Part shown: one piece after another, positions 48,655 through 58,947 of the stretch
How the letters are laid out: each line of letters starts with the position of its first letter
Numbering within the stretch: the stretch's first letter is position 1
NCBI GenBank assembly: GCA_046483495.1
Contig: JAWODC010000090.1
Location: 89,785-153,784, forward strand
Length of the DNA: 64,000 nt
DNA from: Desulfobacterales bacterium
GTDB lineage: Bacteria > Desulfobacterota > Desulfobacteria > Desulfobacterales > UBA5616
Direction of reading: 5' to 3'
Position numbers and translations under genes: made by a program
Notes under the pieces: model-generated
What the model saw: the letters and a program-made list of their open reading frames with translations, nothing else
Told to the model about the DNA's origin: nothing
Databases searched by the model: none

Positions 48655-49164
48655 GTGACGCCAGTGGAAATTCTAACTTATCCGGATACGTTCTTGAAAA
48701 CCCCTGCAAAACAGGTAACGGATATTGACGGCGCTCTCCAGGAGTTGATCGACGATATGGCGGGCACCATGTACGCAGCACCCGGCATCGGCCTGGCCGC
48801 AGTCCAGGTAGGCATCGACAAGAGCCTCGTGGTTTATGATATTTCCCCGCGGGAAGAAGGACGCTGTCTGGACGTCCTGATCAACCCGAAAATTATCAGC
48901 GCCGAAGGCACCACGGTATCCGAGGATGAAGGGTGCTTGAGCGTCCCGGATTTTCGGTCGGATGTCAAACGGCATGCCCGGGTTCAGGTTGAAGCGGTCG
49001 ACCGCCATGGGAACCCGCTTCGTTTCGAGGCCGAAGGATTGCTGGCCATTATGCTCCAGCATGAAATCGACCATTTAAATGGTATCTTGTTCATTGACCG
49101 GATCAGCAAACTCAAACGGGAGCTGTATACCCGCCGGATCAAAAAGCAATTGAAGCAGGAATAG
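48655..49164 (+). CDS. def: Peptide deformylase
   Basis: GIGLAAVQ, EGCLS and QHEIDH. Confidence 0.97.
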   Translation: MTPVEILTYPDTFLKTPAKQVTDIDGALQELIDDMAGTMYAAPGIGLAAVQVGIDKSLVVYDISPREEGRCLDVLINPKIISAEGTTVSEDEGCLSVPDFRSDVKRHARVQVEAVDRHGNPLRFEAEGLLAIMLQHEIDHLNGILFIDRISKLKRELYTRRIKKQLKQE

Positions 49165-49284
49165 TTCGTTCAGTGTCTCCATGAGCGTGCACATAACCCC
49201 GTCCGAAACGGCCTTTAGACCACAGTTGCGGCCCCAGACCAAAATCAGGCCTTTTGGGAAAGGCACCGGGAACGGTGAAGCAGG

Positions 49285-50226
49285 GTGAAAAAACACCTTA
49301 CGATCATTTTCATGGGAACTCCGGAATTTGCCGTCCCATCTCTTCTGGCCCTGCATGCCGGCGGACATGACGTTTCCCTGGTAGTGACCCAACCCGACCG
49401 CCCCAAAGGGAGGGGCAAAAAGATGGCGGAACCGCCGGTAAAGCGTGCGGCGGATTCTCTGGGATATCCGGTTGTCCAACCGAAATCGTTGAAAGACCCG
49501 CACATTGCACACCACCTGAAGAGCCTGAAACCCGATGTATTCGTCGTTGTCGCATATGGTCACATTTTAAGCCGTGATATTCTGGACATACCCACATTCG
49601 GCGCCATCAACCTGCATGCATCCATTCTACCCAAATACCGTGGACCGGCACCCATCCAGTGGGCGATTATCAACCGTGAAAAAGTAACCGGCGTCACGGC
49701 GATGTTCATGGATGCCGGCATGGATACCGGTGATATTCTCTCGATAGAAAAAGTTCCCATCCGTCCCGACGATACGGCCGCCACCCTTCACGACACCCTG
49801 GCGCAAAAAGGCGCCGACCTGTTGATCGAAACCCTTGCCCGGATTCAGGAAGACAGCATACAAAGGCACCCCCAGGATCATAACCAAGCCACCTATGCCC
49901 CGCTGCTGAAAAAAGAGGACGGTCGGATCGACTGGCACGAATCCGCCGTACACATCGATGCTTTCGTACGCGGCATGTCGCCGTGGCCCGGCGCCTTTAC
50001 GTTTTATGAAGGCCAACGGCTGAAAATTTTTTCCGTGCAGCCGGTGCAAAGGGATTTTACCGCACCGCCCGGCACGATTATCAAAAGCTTCCCCGGTGAA
50101 TTGGCGGTCGCGACAGGACAGGGAGCTCTGCTCATCAGGCAACTTCAGGGCGCCTCCGGCAAACGGCTTGACATTAAGGATTTTTTAAGGGGTCACCCGA
50201 TGCCCCCGGGAGCCCGGCTGGAGTAA
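49285..50226 (+). CDS. fmt: Methionyl-tRNA formyltransferase
   Basis: FMGTPEFA, NLHASILPKYRGPAPI and MDTGD. Confidence 0.97.
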   Translation: MKKHLTIIFMGTPEFAVPSLLALHAGGHDVSLVVTQPDRPKGRGKKMAEPPVKRAADSLGYPVVQPKSLKDPHIAHHLKSLKPDVFVVVAYGHILSRDILDIPTFGAINLHASILPKYRGPAPIQWAIINREKVTGVTAMFMDAGMDTGDILSIEKVPIRPDDTAATLHDTLAQKGADLLIETLARIQEDSIQRHPQDHNQATYAPLLKKEDGRIDWHESAVHIDAFVRGMSPWPGAFTFYEGQRLKIFSVQPVQRDFTAPPGTIIKSFPGELAVATGQGALLIRQLQGASGKRLDIKDFLRGHPMPPGARLE

Positions 50227-50233
50227 ACCGCCC

Positions 50234-51598
50234 ATGAAATCCCATCCTGACAATGCCCGCAACGCCGCCCTGGCCGTTTTAAATCGGCTCGACAAGGGCG
50301 GCGAGACACTGGATGCCGTTCTGGATGATGCCCGTGAAGACGTTTTCCATTGGGACAAACGGGAAAAGGCCCTCCTCAATGCCCTGGTTTACGGGGTTCT
50401 GCGGAATCGGGCGCGCCTGGACTGGGTTATCGGGCGATTTTCAAAAACGCCTCTAAAGAAGATCGAATCGCAGGTTCTGAATATTCTCCGAATCGGACTC
50501 TACCAGATCACGGACCTGGATCGCATTCCGGTTTCCGCCGCCGTCAACACCTCAGTGGAAATGGCCAAACGCAATGCCGCACCATGGGTACCCCGTTTCG
50601 TCAATGCCGTGCTGCGAAATGCATCACGCAACCAGGGGCGTGCAGCGCCTCCCGATATGGCAAAAGATCCGTTGATATCACTTTCAATTTCAGCCTCTTT
50701 TCCCGAATGGCTGATAACCCGATGGATCGATCGGTTCGGTTTTTGCGAAACAGAAGCCATGTGCCGTTTTTTGAATACGATTCCGCCGATTACCCTTCGA
50801 ACCAATACGCTGAAAACCTCCCGGGAATCCCTGCTCGAAGCCATGGTTGAAGAGGCTGCAGATGCCCGGGCCACGCCCTATTCCCCTGAAGGTATTTTTT
50901 TGACCGGTCCGAAAAAGCCCCTGTTCGAGATGCCCTCTTTTAAAAAAGGGCTCTTCCAGGTGCAGGATGAAGCGGCACAACTGGTAACCCGCCTTTTAGC
51001 GCCGGAACCAGGCCAGGCGGTTTTGGATGCCTGTGCGGGTTTGGGGGGCAAAACAGGGTATATCGCACAACTGATGAACGACACCGGCAGACTGACGGCT
51101 GCTGATATGGATGTTCACCGTCTCTTTCAATTGGAAAAAGAAATGGAGAGGATCGGGGTCACCATTGCCGCCACACGGGCTGTCGACCTTTCCAAGGCGC
51201 GGGAGGTCGCGTCATTTCCCCGGTTCGACCGGATTTTGATCGATGCTCCCTGTTCGGGCCTCGGCGTCATACGCCGAAATCCGGACATCAAGTGGCGGAT
51301 GATTCCGGAGCATCTGCTTCGACTTTCCAAAAACCAGGGGCGCCTGCTGGCAAACCTATCCGAACGCGTCAAACCGGGGGGTCTGCTCGTATATACCGTG
51401 TGCAGCCTGGAACCCGAAGAAACCGTGGATGTGGCTGACGCCTTTCTCAGGGAAAATCCGGGTTTCACCCTGGACGCCGATTGGGATGAAGTATCGATTT
51501 CGGCAAATCCGTTTAAATCGGACAAGGGGTATTTTAGAACCGTTCCCTATGTTCACCACATGGACGGTTTTTTTTCGGCACGCTTCAGAAAGCATTGA
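50234..51598 (+). CDS. rsmB: 16S rRNA m5C967 methyltransferase
   Basis: NusB-like N-terminus, VQDEAAQ, DACAGLGGK, DAPCSG and YTVCS. Confidence 0.93.
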   Translation: MKSHPDNARNAALAVLNRLDKGGETLDAVLDDAREDVFHWDKREKALLNALVYGVLRNRARLDWVIGRFSKTPLKKIESQVLNILRIGLYQITDLDRIPVSAAVNTSVEMAKRNAAPWVPRFVNAVLRNASRNQGRAAPPDMAKDPLISLSISASFPEWLITRWIDRFGFCETEAMCRFLNTIPPITLRTNTLKTSRESLLEAMVEEAADARATPYSPEGIFLTGPKKPLFEMPSFKKGLFQVQDEAAQLVTRLLAPEPGQAVLDACAGLGGKTGYIAQLMNDTGRLTAADMDVHRLFQLEKEMERIGVTIAATRAVDLSKAREVASFPRFDRILIDAPCSGLGVIRRNPDIKWRMIPEHLLRLSKNQGRLLANLSERVKPGGLLVYTVCSLEPEETVDVADAFLRENPGFTLDADWDEVSISANPFKSDKGYFRTVPYVHHMDGFFSARFRKH

Positions 51599-51688
51599 CG
51601 CTGACCCGTTTAAAAATGCTTATTATTTTCATTCACCAGGTATTCGAAGATTGAATTTCGGATAAAATTCGTTTAAAGCAAGTCAGGT

Positions 51689-52651
51689 ATGACGCGCATC
51701 ATTCGCTACATATTGTTATTCATCCTTTTTTCGGCGGCCGTTTCCGCAAGCGCCTACTTTACGCTCGCCCATTTTATGAAAAGCCGGGATACGGTCTTGG
51801 TTCCGGCCCTGGAGGGGAAAGAAATCGTTTACGCACTGGAACTGCTGACGGAAATAGGACTGAATATCAAGGTGAAGGGATCCGAATTCAGCCCGGATAT
51901 ACCGAAAAACCATATTATATTCCAGGACCCGTCGGCAGGCAGTGAAATCAAAAAAGGGCGGGATGTCAGAATCGTCTTATCCAAGGGCACGGAAAACATA
52001 CCGATGCCGAACCTTACGGGCATTTCGCTTGCAGAGGCGCACATCATCATGGAAAGCAACGGTGTGAAACTGGAAACGATTTCATATGCAAGCAGCGCGC
52101 AAAACGATAAGGGCGTCATTATCGCGCAAGTGCCGCTGCCGGGTGTCGTTACGCGCCGCAGTGAGGGCGTAAATCTCCTGATCGGGACCGGGCCCCGACC
52201 CGCCGCATTTCAAATGCCCGACCTTACCGGAATTCCCCTGGATAAAGCGGTCATGGCCATGGAACACCTGAATCTTTCCGTTGGGGATGTCGTAACCGTA
52301 TATCGTGAAGAACAGGGGATCAACACCGTGGTCGGCCAGCACCCCAAGGCGGGCAGCCGTATTACGACATCCGATCCGGTTGAATTGACCGTAAACAGGC
52401 CGCGTGAAGCATCGATCCTGCCGCCGTCCGCCCTCTTTAAAGGGCCGAACCTTTATGTTTACAAGGCGGAAAACGGGTTTTTGAATACAAGAATCCGCCT
52501 CCGCCTGAACATTCCGGGCATCTCGATGGATCTGTTCGACGATTTTATCGAACCCGCCCGGGACCTGTGGGTCCTGGTACCCAGCAACCGGGGCGCAGGC
52601 CTCTTTCTCTATGAAAATGAGGAACTGGTCGCAGCGGAAATATATGACTAA
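51689..52651 (+). CDS. Membrane-anchored PASTA-domain protein (three PASTA repeats, no kinase)
   Basis: N-terminal TM segment; VPALEG...QDP, MPNLTG...QVP and MPDLTG...QHP. Confidence 0.85.
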   Translation: MTRIIRYILLFILFSAAVSASAYFTLAHFMKSRDTVLVPALEGKEIVYALELLTEIGLNIKVKGSEFSPDIPKNHIIFQDPSAGSEIKKGRDVRIVLSKGTENIPMPNLTGISLAEAHIIMESNGVKLETISYASSAQNDKGVIIAQVPLPGVVTRRSEGVNLLIGTGPRPAAFQMPDLTGIPLDKAVMAMEHLNLSVGDVVTVYREEQGINTVVGQHPKAGSRITTSDPVELTVNRPREASILPPSALFKGPNLYVYKAENGFLNTRIRLRLNIPGISMDLFDDFIEPARDLWVLVPSNRGAGLFLYENEELVAAEIYD

Positions 52652-52693
52652 CGAGCGAGACGGGACAAAGGATATGAAAACAAGGGCCTTATC

Positions 52694-52756
52694 CCCATAA
52701 CCCATAACCTATAGGCTATAGCCTATAGCCTATAGCCTATAACCCATAACCCATAA
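52694..52756 (+). repeat. Heptamer tandem array (CCYATAR) x9
   Basis: cccataa cccataa cctatag gctatag cctatag cctatag cctataa cccataa cccataa. Confidence 0.92.
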
Positions 52757-52781
52757 CCTATTTTTCATACTGGAGAACCAA

Positions 52782-53432
52782 ATGAAACTCATTGCACCAT
52801 CCATCTTATCCGCCGATTTTTCCAAGCTCGGTGATGAAGTTACTGCTGTTGAAAAGGCCGGAGCGGATTGGATACATGCCGATGTCATGGACGGACATTT
52901 CGTCCCCAATATCTCCTTCGGCCCCATCGTTGTCGAGGCGGTGCGAAACGTGACTAAACTGCCGATCGATGTCCATTTGATGATCGAGAATCCGGACATG
53001 TACATCCCGGATTTCGCCAAAGCCGGGGCCGACTGGATATCCGTTCAGGTGGAGGCATGCATCCATCTGAACAGAACGCTGCACATGATTCGAGACCTGG
53101 GAGTGCATCCGGGAGCGGTGATCAATCCCGCCACCCCGCTGACCGAACTGGAATGGGTGCTGGAATACGTGGATTATGTGCTCATCATGAGTGTGAATCC
53201 GGGATTCGGAGGCCAGGTATTCATTCAGAACTGCCTCGAAAAGATAAAAAACCTCAAAGAATTGATCGAGGAAAACGGGCGAAAGGTACTCATCGAGGTG
53301 GACGGCGGCATCAATGCGAATACCATCCACCAGGTCTCGTCGGCAGGGGCGGATGTCTTCGTTGCGGGATCGGCCATATTCGGCAGCCTGGACTACAAAA
53401 AGACCATTGAAAACTTAAAAGGGTCGGCATAG
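52782..53432 (+). CDS. rpe: Ribulose-phosphate 3-epimerase
   Basis: [32 protein letters not shown] and DGG. Confidence 0.97.
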   Translation: MKLIAPSILSADFSKLGDEVTAVEKAGADWIHADVMDGHFVPNISFGPIVVEAVRNVTKLPIDVHLMIENPDMYIPDFAKAGADWISVQVEACIHLNRTLHMIRDLGVHPGAVINPATPLTELEWVLEYVDYVLIMSVNPGFGGQVFIQNCLEKIKNLKELIEENGRKVLIEVDGGINANTIHQVSSAGADVFVAGSAIFGSLDYKKTIENLKGSA

Positions 53433-53459
53433 TTTAATGGTTACATCAAGAGGCGCACT

Positions 53460-53906
53460 ATGAAAACCAAAAGCAAAATTCTTGTCATCCACGGCCCGAA
53501 TCTCAACATGCTTGGAAAACGCGAGCCCGAGCTTTACGGCACGCTGACACTGGCTGAGATCAATGAAAATTTACGGCAAAAAGGGGTGTCTTCAGGCATC
53601 GATGTGGAATCGTTTCAATCCAATCACGAAGGCGAAATCATATCCAAAATTCAGGAGGCCGTGGAAACATATCAGGGGATGATCATCAATCCGGCGGCAT
53701 ACGGTCATACGAGCATCGGCATTCGAGACGCCCTCCTGATGCTGAATATGCCGATCATCGAAGTTCATTTGTCCAACATATACCGGCGTGAGCCGTTCCG
53801 GCATCAGTCGATGATCACGGATGCGGTCACCGCGCAACTGGCCGGCTTCGGCCCGATGGGTTATGAAATGGCCCTGAGTGCCTTAGCCGAAATGATTCAT
53901 AGATAA
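53460..53906 (+). CDS. aroQ: Type II 3-dehydroquinate dehydratase
   Basis: HGPNLNMLGKREP, QSNHEG and EVHLSN..RE.FR. Confidence 0.96.
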   Translation: MKTKSKILVIHGPNLNMLGKREPELYGTLTLAEINENLRQKGVSSGIDVESFQSNHEGEIISKIQEAVETYQGMIINPAAYGHTSIGIRDALLMLNMPIIEVHLSNIYRREPFRHQSMITDAVTAQLAGFGPMGYEMALSALAEMIHR

Positions 53907-53910
53907 CGAA

Positions 53911-54693
53911 ATGTTAAAATCTATTTATTCAAGTATAACATTAATTATTGTGCTGGTACTCACATGCACACTGGTGCATGCCGCATCGGCAAAAGCCCGT
54001 GATTTTGCCACGGCACAGGAAATCGTGGATCTGGGATTCGAATATTTACGGGAAAATACCTCCTATGCCGTGGTGGAAATGGTGATCCATCGCCCGGACT
54101 GGGAGCGCCGAATGGTAATGCGGGGATGGACCCGGGGAGAGGATGAAAGCCTGATCAAGATCATTGCACCGTCGAAAGACAAGGGAAACGGCACGTTGAA
54201 GATCGGGCGTGAAATGTGGATCTACAATCCAAAAATCAACCGGGTGATCAAGGTGCCGCCCTCGATGATGAGCCAGTCCTGGATGGGATCGGATTTTTCA
54301 AACAATGATCTGGCCAAATCGGACACTTTAATCAAAGACTATGTTCATGAAATTGTCGGAACGGAGTCTCACGACGGGAAAAACGTCTATGTGATCAGGT
54401 CCATGCCCAAGCCCCACGCACCGGTGGTATGGGGCATGCTCGAGTTGAGAATCCGCGAGGACCTCATCTTTCTGAGTGAAGAATTTTTTGACGAAGATCT
54501 CGAATCCGTCAAAATCATGTTCGGCAGGGAGATTCAGGAAATGGGCGGCAAACTGTTTCCAAAAGAATGGATCATGCAAAAAACCGGTGCAGAAGAAGAA
54601 TACACCAAGCTTACCTACGACACCATCGAATTCAACGTGGAACTCGAAAACAACCTGTTTTCCATCTCGAGCCTGAAGAATCCGATCCGGTAA
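53911..54693 (+). CDS. LolA-like outer-membrane lipoprotein-sorting protein
   Basis: Signal peptide, MWIYNP...KV, SWMGSDFSNNDL; lies upstream of two FtsX/LolE-like permeases. Confidence 0.8.
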   Translation: MLKSIYSSITLIIVLVLTCTLVHAASAKARDFATAQEIVDLGFEYLRENTSYAVVEMVIHRPDWERRMVMRGWTRGEDESLIKIIAPSKDKGNGTLKIGREMWIYNPKINRVIKVPPSMMSQSWMGSDFSNNDLAKSDTLIKDYVHEIVGTESHDGKNVYVIRSMPKPHAPVVWGMLELRIREDLIFLSEEFFDEDLESVKIMFGREIQEMGGKLFPKEWIMQKTGAEEEYTKLTYDTIEFNVELENNLFSISSLKNPIR

Positions 54694-54754
54694 CAGCCCT
54701 CGGCCAAGGCGCGGAAATGAAAATGCACATGGCGGGCGATGAGGCAATGCTGAC

Positions 54755-56005
54755 ATGATCATTGATATCGTAATGGGCTGGCGAAACATCTGGCGAAATC
54801 CCCGGCGCACCATCCTGACGATCATGGCCATTGCATTTGCCTGCACGCTGCTGGTGTTCATGCTCTCCTTTCAATTCGGCAGCTACGAAACGATGATCAA
54901 TGCGTCGGTCAAAATCAACACCGGCCATTTGCAGGTTCAGGCGGTCGGATATCATGAAAAAAACGATATACACCTGGTGGTCAGCGATCCTTCGGCGGTA
55001 GCCCGGTCACTTTCGGGAATCCCCGATATCTCCGCATATACATTCCGCGCTTCCGGATTCGCGCTGGCATCTTCGGCGCAGCGAACGTATGGTATTCTGG
55101 TCATGGGCATCGATCCGGAAAGGGAGGCGCAGGTTTCCACCCTGAAAAAATTAATCCGCCGGGGACGCTACTTATCCGATGTCCACACGGATGATGAAAC
55201 CGTACCGGCGCTTGTTGGAAAAATGCTGGCGCAAAATCTTCGGGTGCGCATCGGCGACGAATTGACCCTGCTCGGACAGGGGCGCGACGGCTCGATAGCG
55301 GCCGCATTGGTCACTGTTGCCGGCATCTACAGCTCCGGAATCCAGGAATTCGACCGATCGGCAATCCATATTCCCCTGGACCATTTCCAGGAAATCTTCT
55401 CGATGCGGGGAGCCGTTCATGCCGTGGTGATCCTGTGTGATGCGTTGAGTGATGTCGAGAGCGTCGAACGAACGATTGAAAACCGCATCCATGATAAGGC
55501 ATTTGAATTCCCGCTGGTCGTTTTGGACTGGGATGAAATGATGCCCGGCCTGCGGCAGGGAATAAAACTGGACCTGATTTCCGGGTTGATCACGTACCTG
55601 CTGTTGATCATCGTAGTGGCTTTCAGCATTTTAAACACCTTTTTAATGGCCATTCTCGAGCGCACCCGTGAATTCGGAGTGCTGATGGCCATCGGCACCT
55701 CACCGGGCCGGCTCATGCGGCTTCTGCTGATCGAATCCGCGGCGATTACGGTCCTCGGCATCGTGATCGGCATACTCTTGGGAATACTGGTCACCTGGTA
55801 TTTCCAGATCCACGGCCTTTATTTTTCGGGCGCCGACGAGATTTTAAGCCAATTCGGTATTTCAGGAAGAATTTACCCGAAACTTTCGCTGCTTTCCATC
55901 GTGACGGGCCCGGCCATGGTATTTGTCATTACGATTTTTTCGGCTTTGTACCCGGCACTTAAGGTCCGGCGGCTTAGGGTGGTTGAAGCTTTGGCACATG
56001 CGTAA
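54755..56005 (+). CDS. ABC transporter permease (FtsX/LolE/MacB-like)
   Basis: WRNIWRNPRRT, NTFLMAILERTREFG and YPA. Confidence 0.9.
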   Translation: MIIDIVMGWRNIWRNPRRTILTIMAIAFACTLLVFMLSFQFGSYETMINASVKINTGHLQVQAVGYHEKNDIHLVVSDPSAVARSLSGIPDISAYTFRASGFALASSAQRTYGILVMGIDPEREAQVSTLKKLIRRGRYLSDVHTDDETVPALVGKMLAQNLRVRIGDELTLLGQGRDGSIAAALVTVAGIYSSGIQEFDRSAIHIPLDHFQEIFSMRGAVHAVVILCDALSDVESVERTIENRIHDKAFEFPLVVLDWDEMMPGLRQGIKLDLISGLITYLLLIIVVAFSILNTFLMAILERTREFGVLMAIGTSPGRLMRLLLIESAAITVLGIVIGILLGILVTWYFQIHGLYFSGADEILSQFGISGRIYPKLSLLSIVTGPAMVFVITIFSALYPALKVRRLRVVEALAHA

Positions 56006-56046
56006 TGTTAAACATGAAAGCTGCTGCACAACGAATGGCGTAATGA

Positions 56047-56423
56047 AAATTCGAAATTCTAAATTCGAAACTCGAAACAAATTCGAAATCATAAATTCAA
56101 AAATTCTAAACGGGGCGTGGTATCGATAAAGCACCGATCCGATGTAATTTTTTAAACCGTGAAATCCGTGTCAAAAAAATATGAACGGTGAACAGTGAAC
56201 AGTGAACGGTCTGGTTGGAACCAAGACCAACCGGCGTGAAATCCGTGTCTAAAGAAAAGCTCCTGCGGCGCGTAGCCGCTGACGCGGATTTTTTTTGACA
56301 CGGATTTCCCCGGTGAAACAGAAAAAAACAGGTTTCACAGGGCAGGCACGGATTACACGGTTACGGGCATAGGATCGGCTCTTTATTGGATTACTCACCA
56401 CAAAGAGCACGATGAACACAAAA
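56047..56423. repeat. Composite intergenic repeat region B
   Basis: Contains a TTCGAAA-type 7-mer block (56047-56115) and a CCGTGAAATCCGTGTC arm (56131-56180) with its inverse (56288-56381). Also (GTGAACR) x4 at 56181-56208 and a hairpin cassette at about 56308-56346. Confidence 0.85.
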
Positions 56424-56451
56424 TCTTTGGCCGTTTCAGATTGGATCGACT

Positions 56452-57675
56452 ATGTTTCTGACGATAGCCTGGCGCAATATATGGCGGAACACCCGAAGGA
56501 CGATGGTAATCCTGATCGCCATCATCATCGGGGTGTGGAGCATGATTTTTTTAGGGGCCCTCATGCGCGGCATCGAACATGGGATGATCCAGAACGGCAT
56601 CAAAACCCTCACGGGCCATATTCAAATCCACCAGGTGGGATACCGCAATGATCCGGTAGTGGAAAACAGCATCGAGAACACCGAAACAATAGAATCCGCC
56701 TTGAGACGGCTTCTGCCGCCCGGTACCAACTGGTCATTCCGTATACGGGTGAATGCGATCGCCAGCAATGCGCGGCACACCAGCGCCGTTACCCTGGTTG
56801 GAATAAACCCTGTTATGGAAGCGGATGTTTCGTTTATCGGAAATGCGGTTTCCGACGGCGCGTACCTGGAACCCGAAGACCCATACGGCATCCTGGTCGG
56901 CCGTGCCTTGATCGAGGATTTCGAAACGGAACTCGGCCACAAATTGATATTGATGTCACAGGATACGGACCGGGACATTGCCTCACGGGCTTTCCGCATC
57001 AAGGGCATCTACGATGCCGAGTTGGAGCAGACGGAAAAAAAGTTCGTGTTCATCTCCCTGCCGGCCGCCCGCGAAATGCTGAACATGGAAAACGCCATAT
57101 CCGAGGTGGCGATTCTTCTTCAACAGGAGGACCAGGTTGGACCTGTCTTGAAACGGTTGAAGGCCCAGCTCCCCGCCGCCGATTACGAGGTGCTTCCCTG
57201 GACGGAAATCGAGCCGCTGCTGAAGACCTATTTGAAGCTCTATGACCAGTTTATCGCGATCTGGTACCTGGTGGTGTTCATCGCCATGGCATTCGGCATC
57301 GTGAATACGACGCTTATGGCGGTATTCGAACGTATGCGGGAGTTCGGACTGCTGAAATCCCTGGGGATGAAGCCCCGGCAGATTATCGTTCAGGTCGTCA
57401 CGGAATCCTTTTTCCTGCTGCTGATCGGAGCCGCTGTCGGCAATGTGCTGGGCATTGCCGCCGTTCAGGCGCTTGCGGTCAACGGAATCGACCTGACCGC
57501 GTTCGCCGCCGGTATGGAAACCTTCGGCATGACCCGGATCATCTACCCGGTCCTGCTGGGTGAAGATGTTCTTCTTTCCAATGCCGTGGTGTTCGTGTTG
57601 GGGCTGCTTGTCTGTTTGTATCCGGCTGTCAAGGCGGCTCGGTTTACTCCTGTCGAGGCTTTGGCGTATACGTAG
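56452..57675 (+). CDS. ABC transporter permease (FtsX/LolE/MacB-like)
   Basis: AWRNIWRNTRRT, NTTLMAVFERMREFG and YPA..AAR..PVEAL. Confidence 0.9.
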   Translation: MFLTIAWRNIWRNTRRTMVILIAIIIGVWSMIFLGALMRGIEHGMIQNGIKTLTGHIQIHQVGYRNDPVVENSIENTETIESALRRLLPPGTNWSFRIRVNAIASNARHTSAVTLVGINPVMEADVSFIGNAVSDGAYLEPEDPYGILVGRALIEDFETELGHKLILMSQDTDRDIASRAFRIKGIYDAELEQTEKKFVFISLPAAREMLNMENAISEVAILLQQEDQVGPVLKRLKAQLPAADYEVLPWTEIEPLLKTYLKLYDQFIAIWYLVVFIAMAFGIVNTTLMAVFERMREFGLLKSLGMKPRQIIVQVVTESFFLLLIGAAVGNVLGIAAVQALAVNGIDLTAFAAGMETFGMTRIIYPVLLGEDVLLSNAVVFVLGLLVCLYPAVKAARFTPVEALAYT

Positions 57676-57680
57676 AAAAA

Positions 57681-58242
57681 TGGGCTATAGGTGATAGGTT
57701 AGAGGTTATGGGTAATGGGTAATCGAATTTAAAAAATAGAAATTCCGCACCCGTTTTGAATTTTGGATTTATTATTTAGAATTTGTTTCGTTTTTCGTGT
57801 TTCGTATTTCGAATTTTCCCGTTGGTCGGCCGGGATTGGGGGGATTAAGGCTTAATCCGCCTGGTTGGGGCCTGTTCAGTGTAACTCAGGGCTGGGCACT
57901 TGCTGGGAAATGCATTGAAGCTGTGGGTTTTTTAGTGGATTTGGTTCTATTTTAAAAAAAAATTTTGGGCACGGATTACGCGGTTAAAAAGTAAAAGAAT
58001 TGGATCGGTGCGAATTTAAAAAAAATAAAAACTCCGCATCCGTTTTGAATGTAAAAACCCAATCCGAACTTATATGTATTTAACCGTGTAATCCGTGAAA
58101 TTTGTGTCAAAATATTTTTTCAAGGTGAGCGAAGCGAACCGACCTTGAAATCCATGCAAAACAAAATATTAAAGAACCAATCCAAACCCATAACCCATTA
58201 CCCATAGCCCATAACCCATAACCCATAACCTATAACCCATAA
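57681..58242. repeat. Composite intergenic repeat region C, closed by inverted heptamer arrays
   Basis: (TRGGTWA) x6 at 57681-57722 pairs with (CCYATAA) x8 at 58187-58242. Inner inverted arms are CACGGATTACGCGGTTAAA / TTTAACCGTGTAATCCGTG and GGATTTGGTTCT / AGAACCAATCC. Confidence 0.9.
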
Positions 58243-58260
58243 CCCCATACCGAGATACCC

Positions 58261-58947
58261 ATGAGCATAGTAGAATGCACAAACATTAAAAAATCCTACC
58301 AACAAGGAAAAATAACCGTCCACGCCCTGGTAGGCGCCGATCTATCCATCGACCAGGGCGAATTCGCCACCCTGGCCGGTCCTTCCGGCTCCGGCAAAAC
58401 CACCCTGCTGAACCTCATCGGCGGCCTGGACAAACCGGATACCGGCGACATCACGGTGGACGGACACCGCTATGCCGACATGACCTCCGCCCAAATGGCC
58501 GAACTGCGCCTGCACAGGATCGGATTCGTGTTTCAATCCTACAACCTGATACCGGTGCTGTCGGCAGTCGAAAATGTGGAGTATGTCATGCTGCTTCAAG
58601 GAAGAGATGCGAAACAACGGCGGGAAAGCGCCATAGCCATATTGGACGAAGTGGGGCTCGAGGGCGTCTACAACCGCAGGCCCGCGGAACTGTCCGGCGG
58701 ACAGCAGCAGCGCGTGGCCGTTGCAAGGGCCATCGTTTCCGAACCGGCCATCATTTTAGCGGACGAACCCACCGCAAACCTGGACTCCAAGACCGGCCGA
58801 GGGCTGTTGGATATCATGAAGCGAATGAACGAGAAGAAAAACGTGACATTCATCTTCTCCACCCATGATCAGATGGTGATGGATTATGCTGAGCGGATTA
58901 TTATGATTCGGGATGGGCGGGTTGAGGAGGATCGGAAGAAACGGTGA
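58261..58947 (+). CDS. ABC transporter ATP-binding protein (LolD/MacB-like)
   Basis: GPSGSGKT, LSGGQQQRVA, ILADEPTANLD and STHD. Confidence 0.95.
   Translation: MSIVECTNIKKSYQQGKITVHALVGADLSIDQGEFATLAGPSGSGKTTLLNLIGGLDKPDTGDITVDGHRYADMTSAQMAELRLHRIGFVFQSYNLIPVLSAVENVEYVMLLQGRDAKQRRESAIAILDEVGLEGVYNRRPAELSGGQQQRVAVARAIVSEPAIILADEPTANLDSKTGRGLLDIMKRMNEKKNVTFIFSTHDQMVMDYAERIIMIRDGRVEEDRKKR

Noticed and set aside
55862..56134. Short ORFs with FRISNL/IRNSKF-like repeats
   Set aside because: They are translations of heptamer repeat DNA, not genes.
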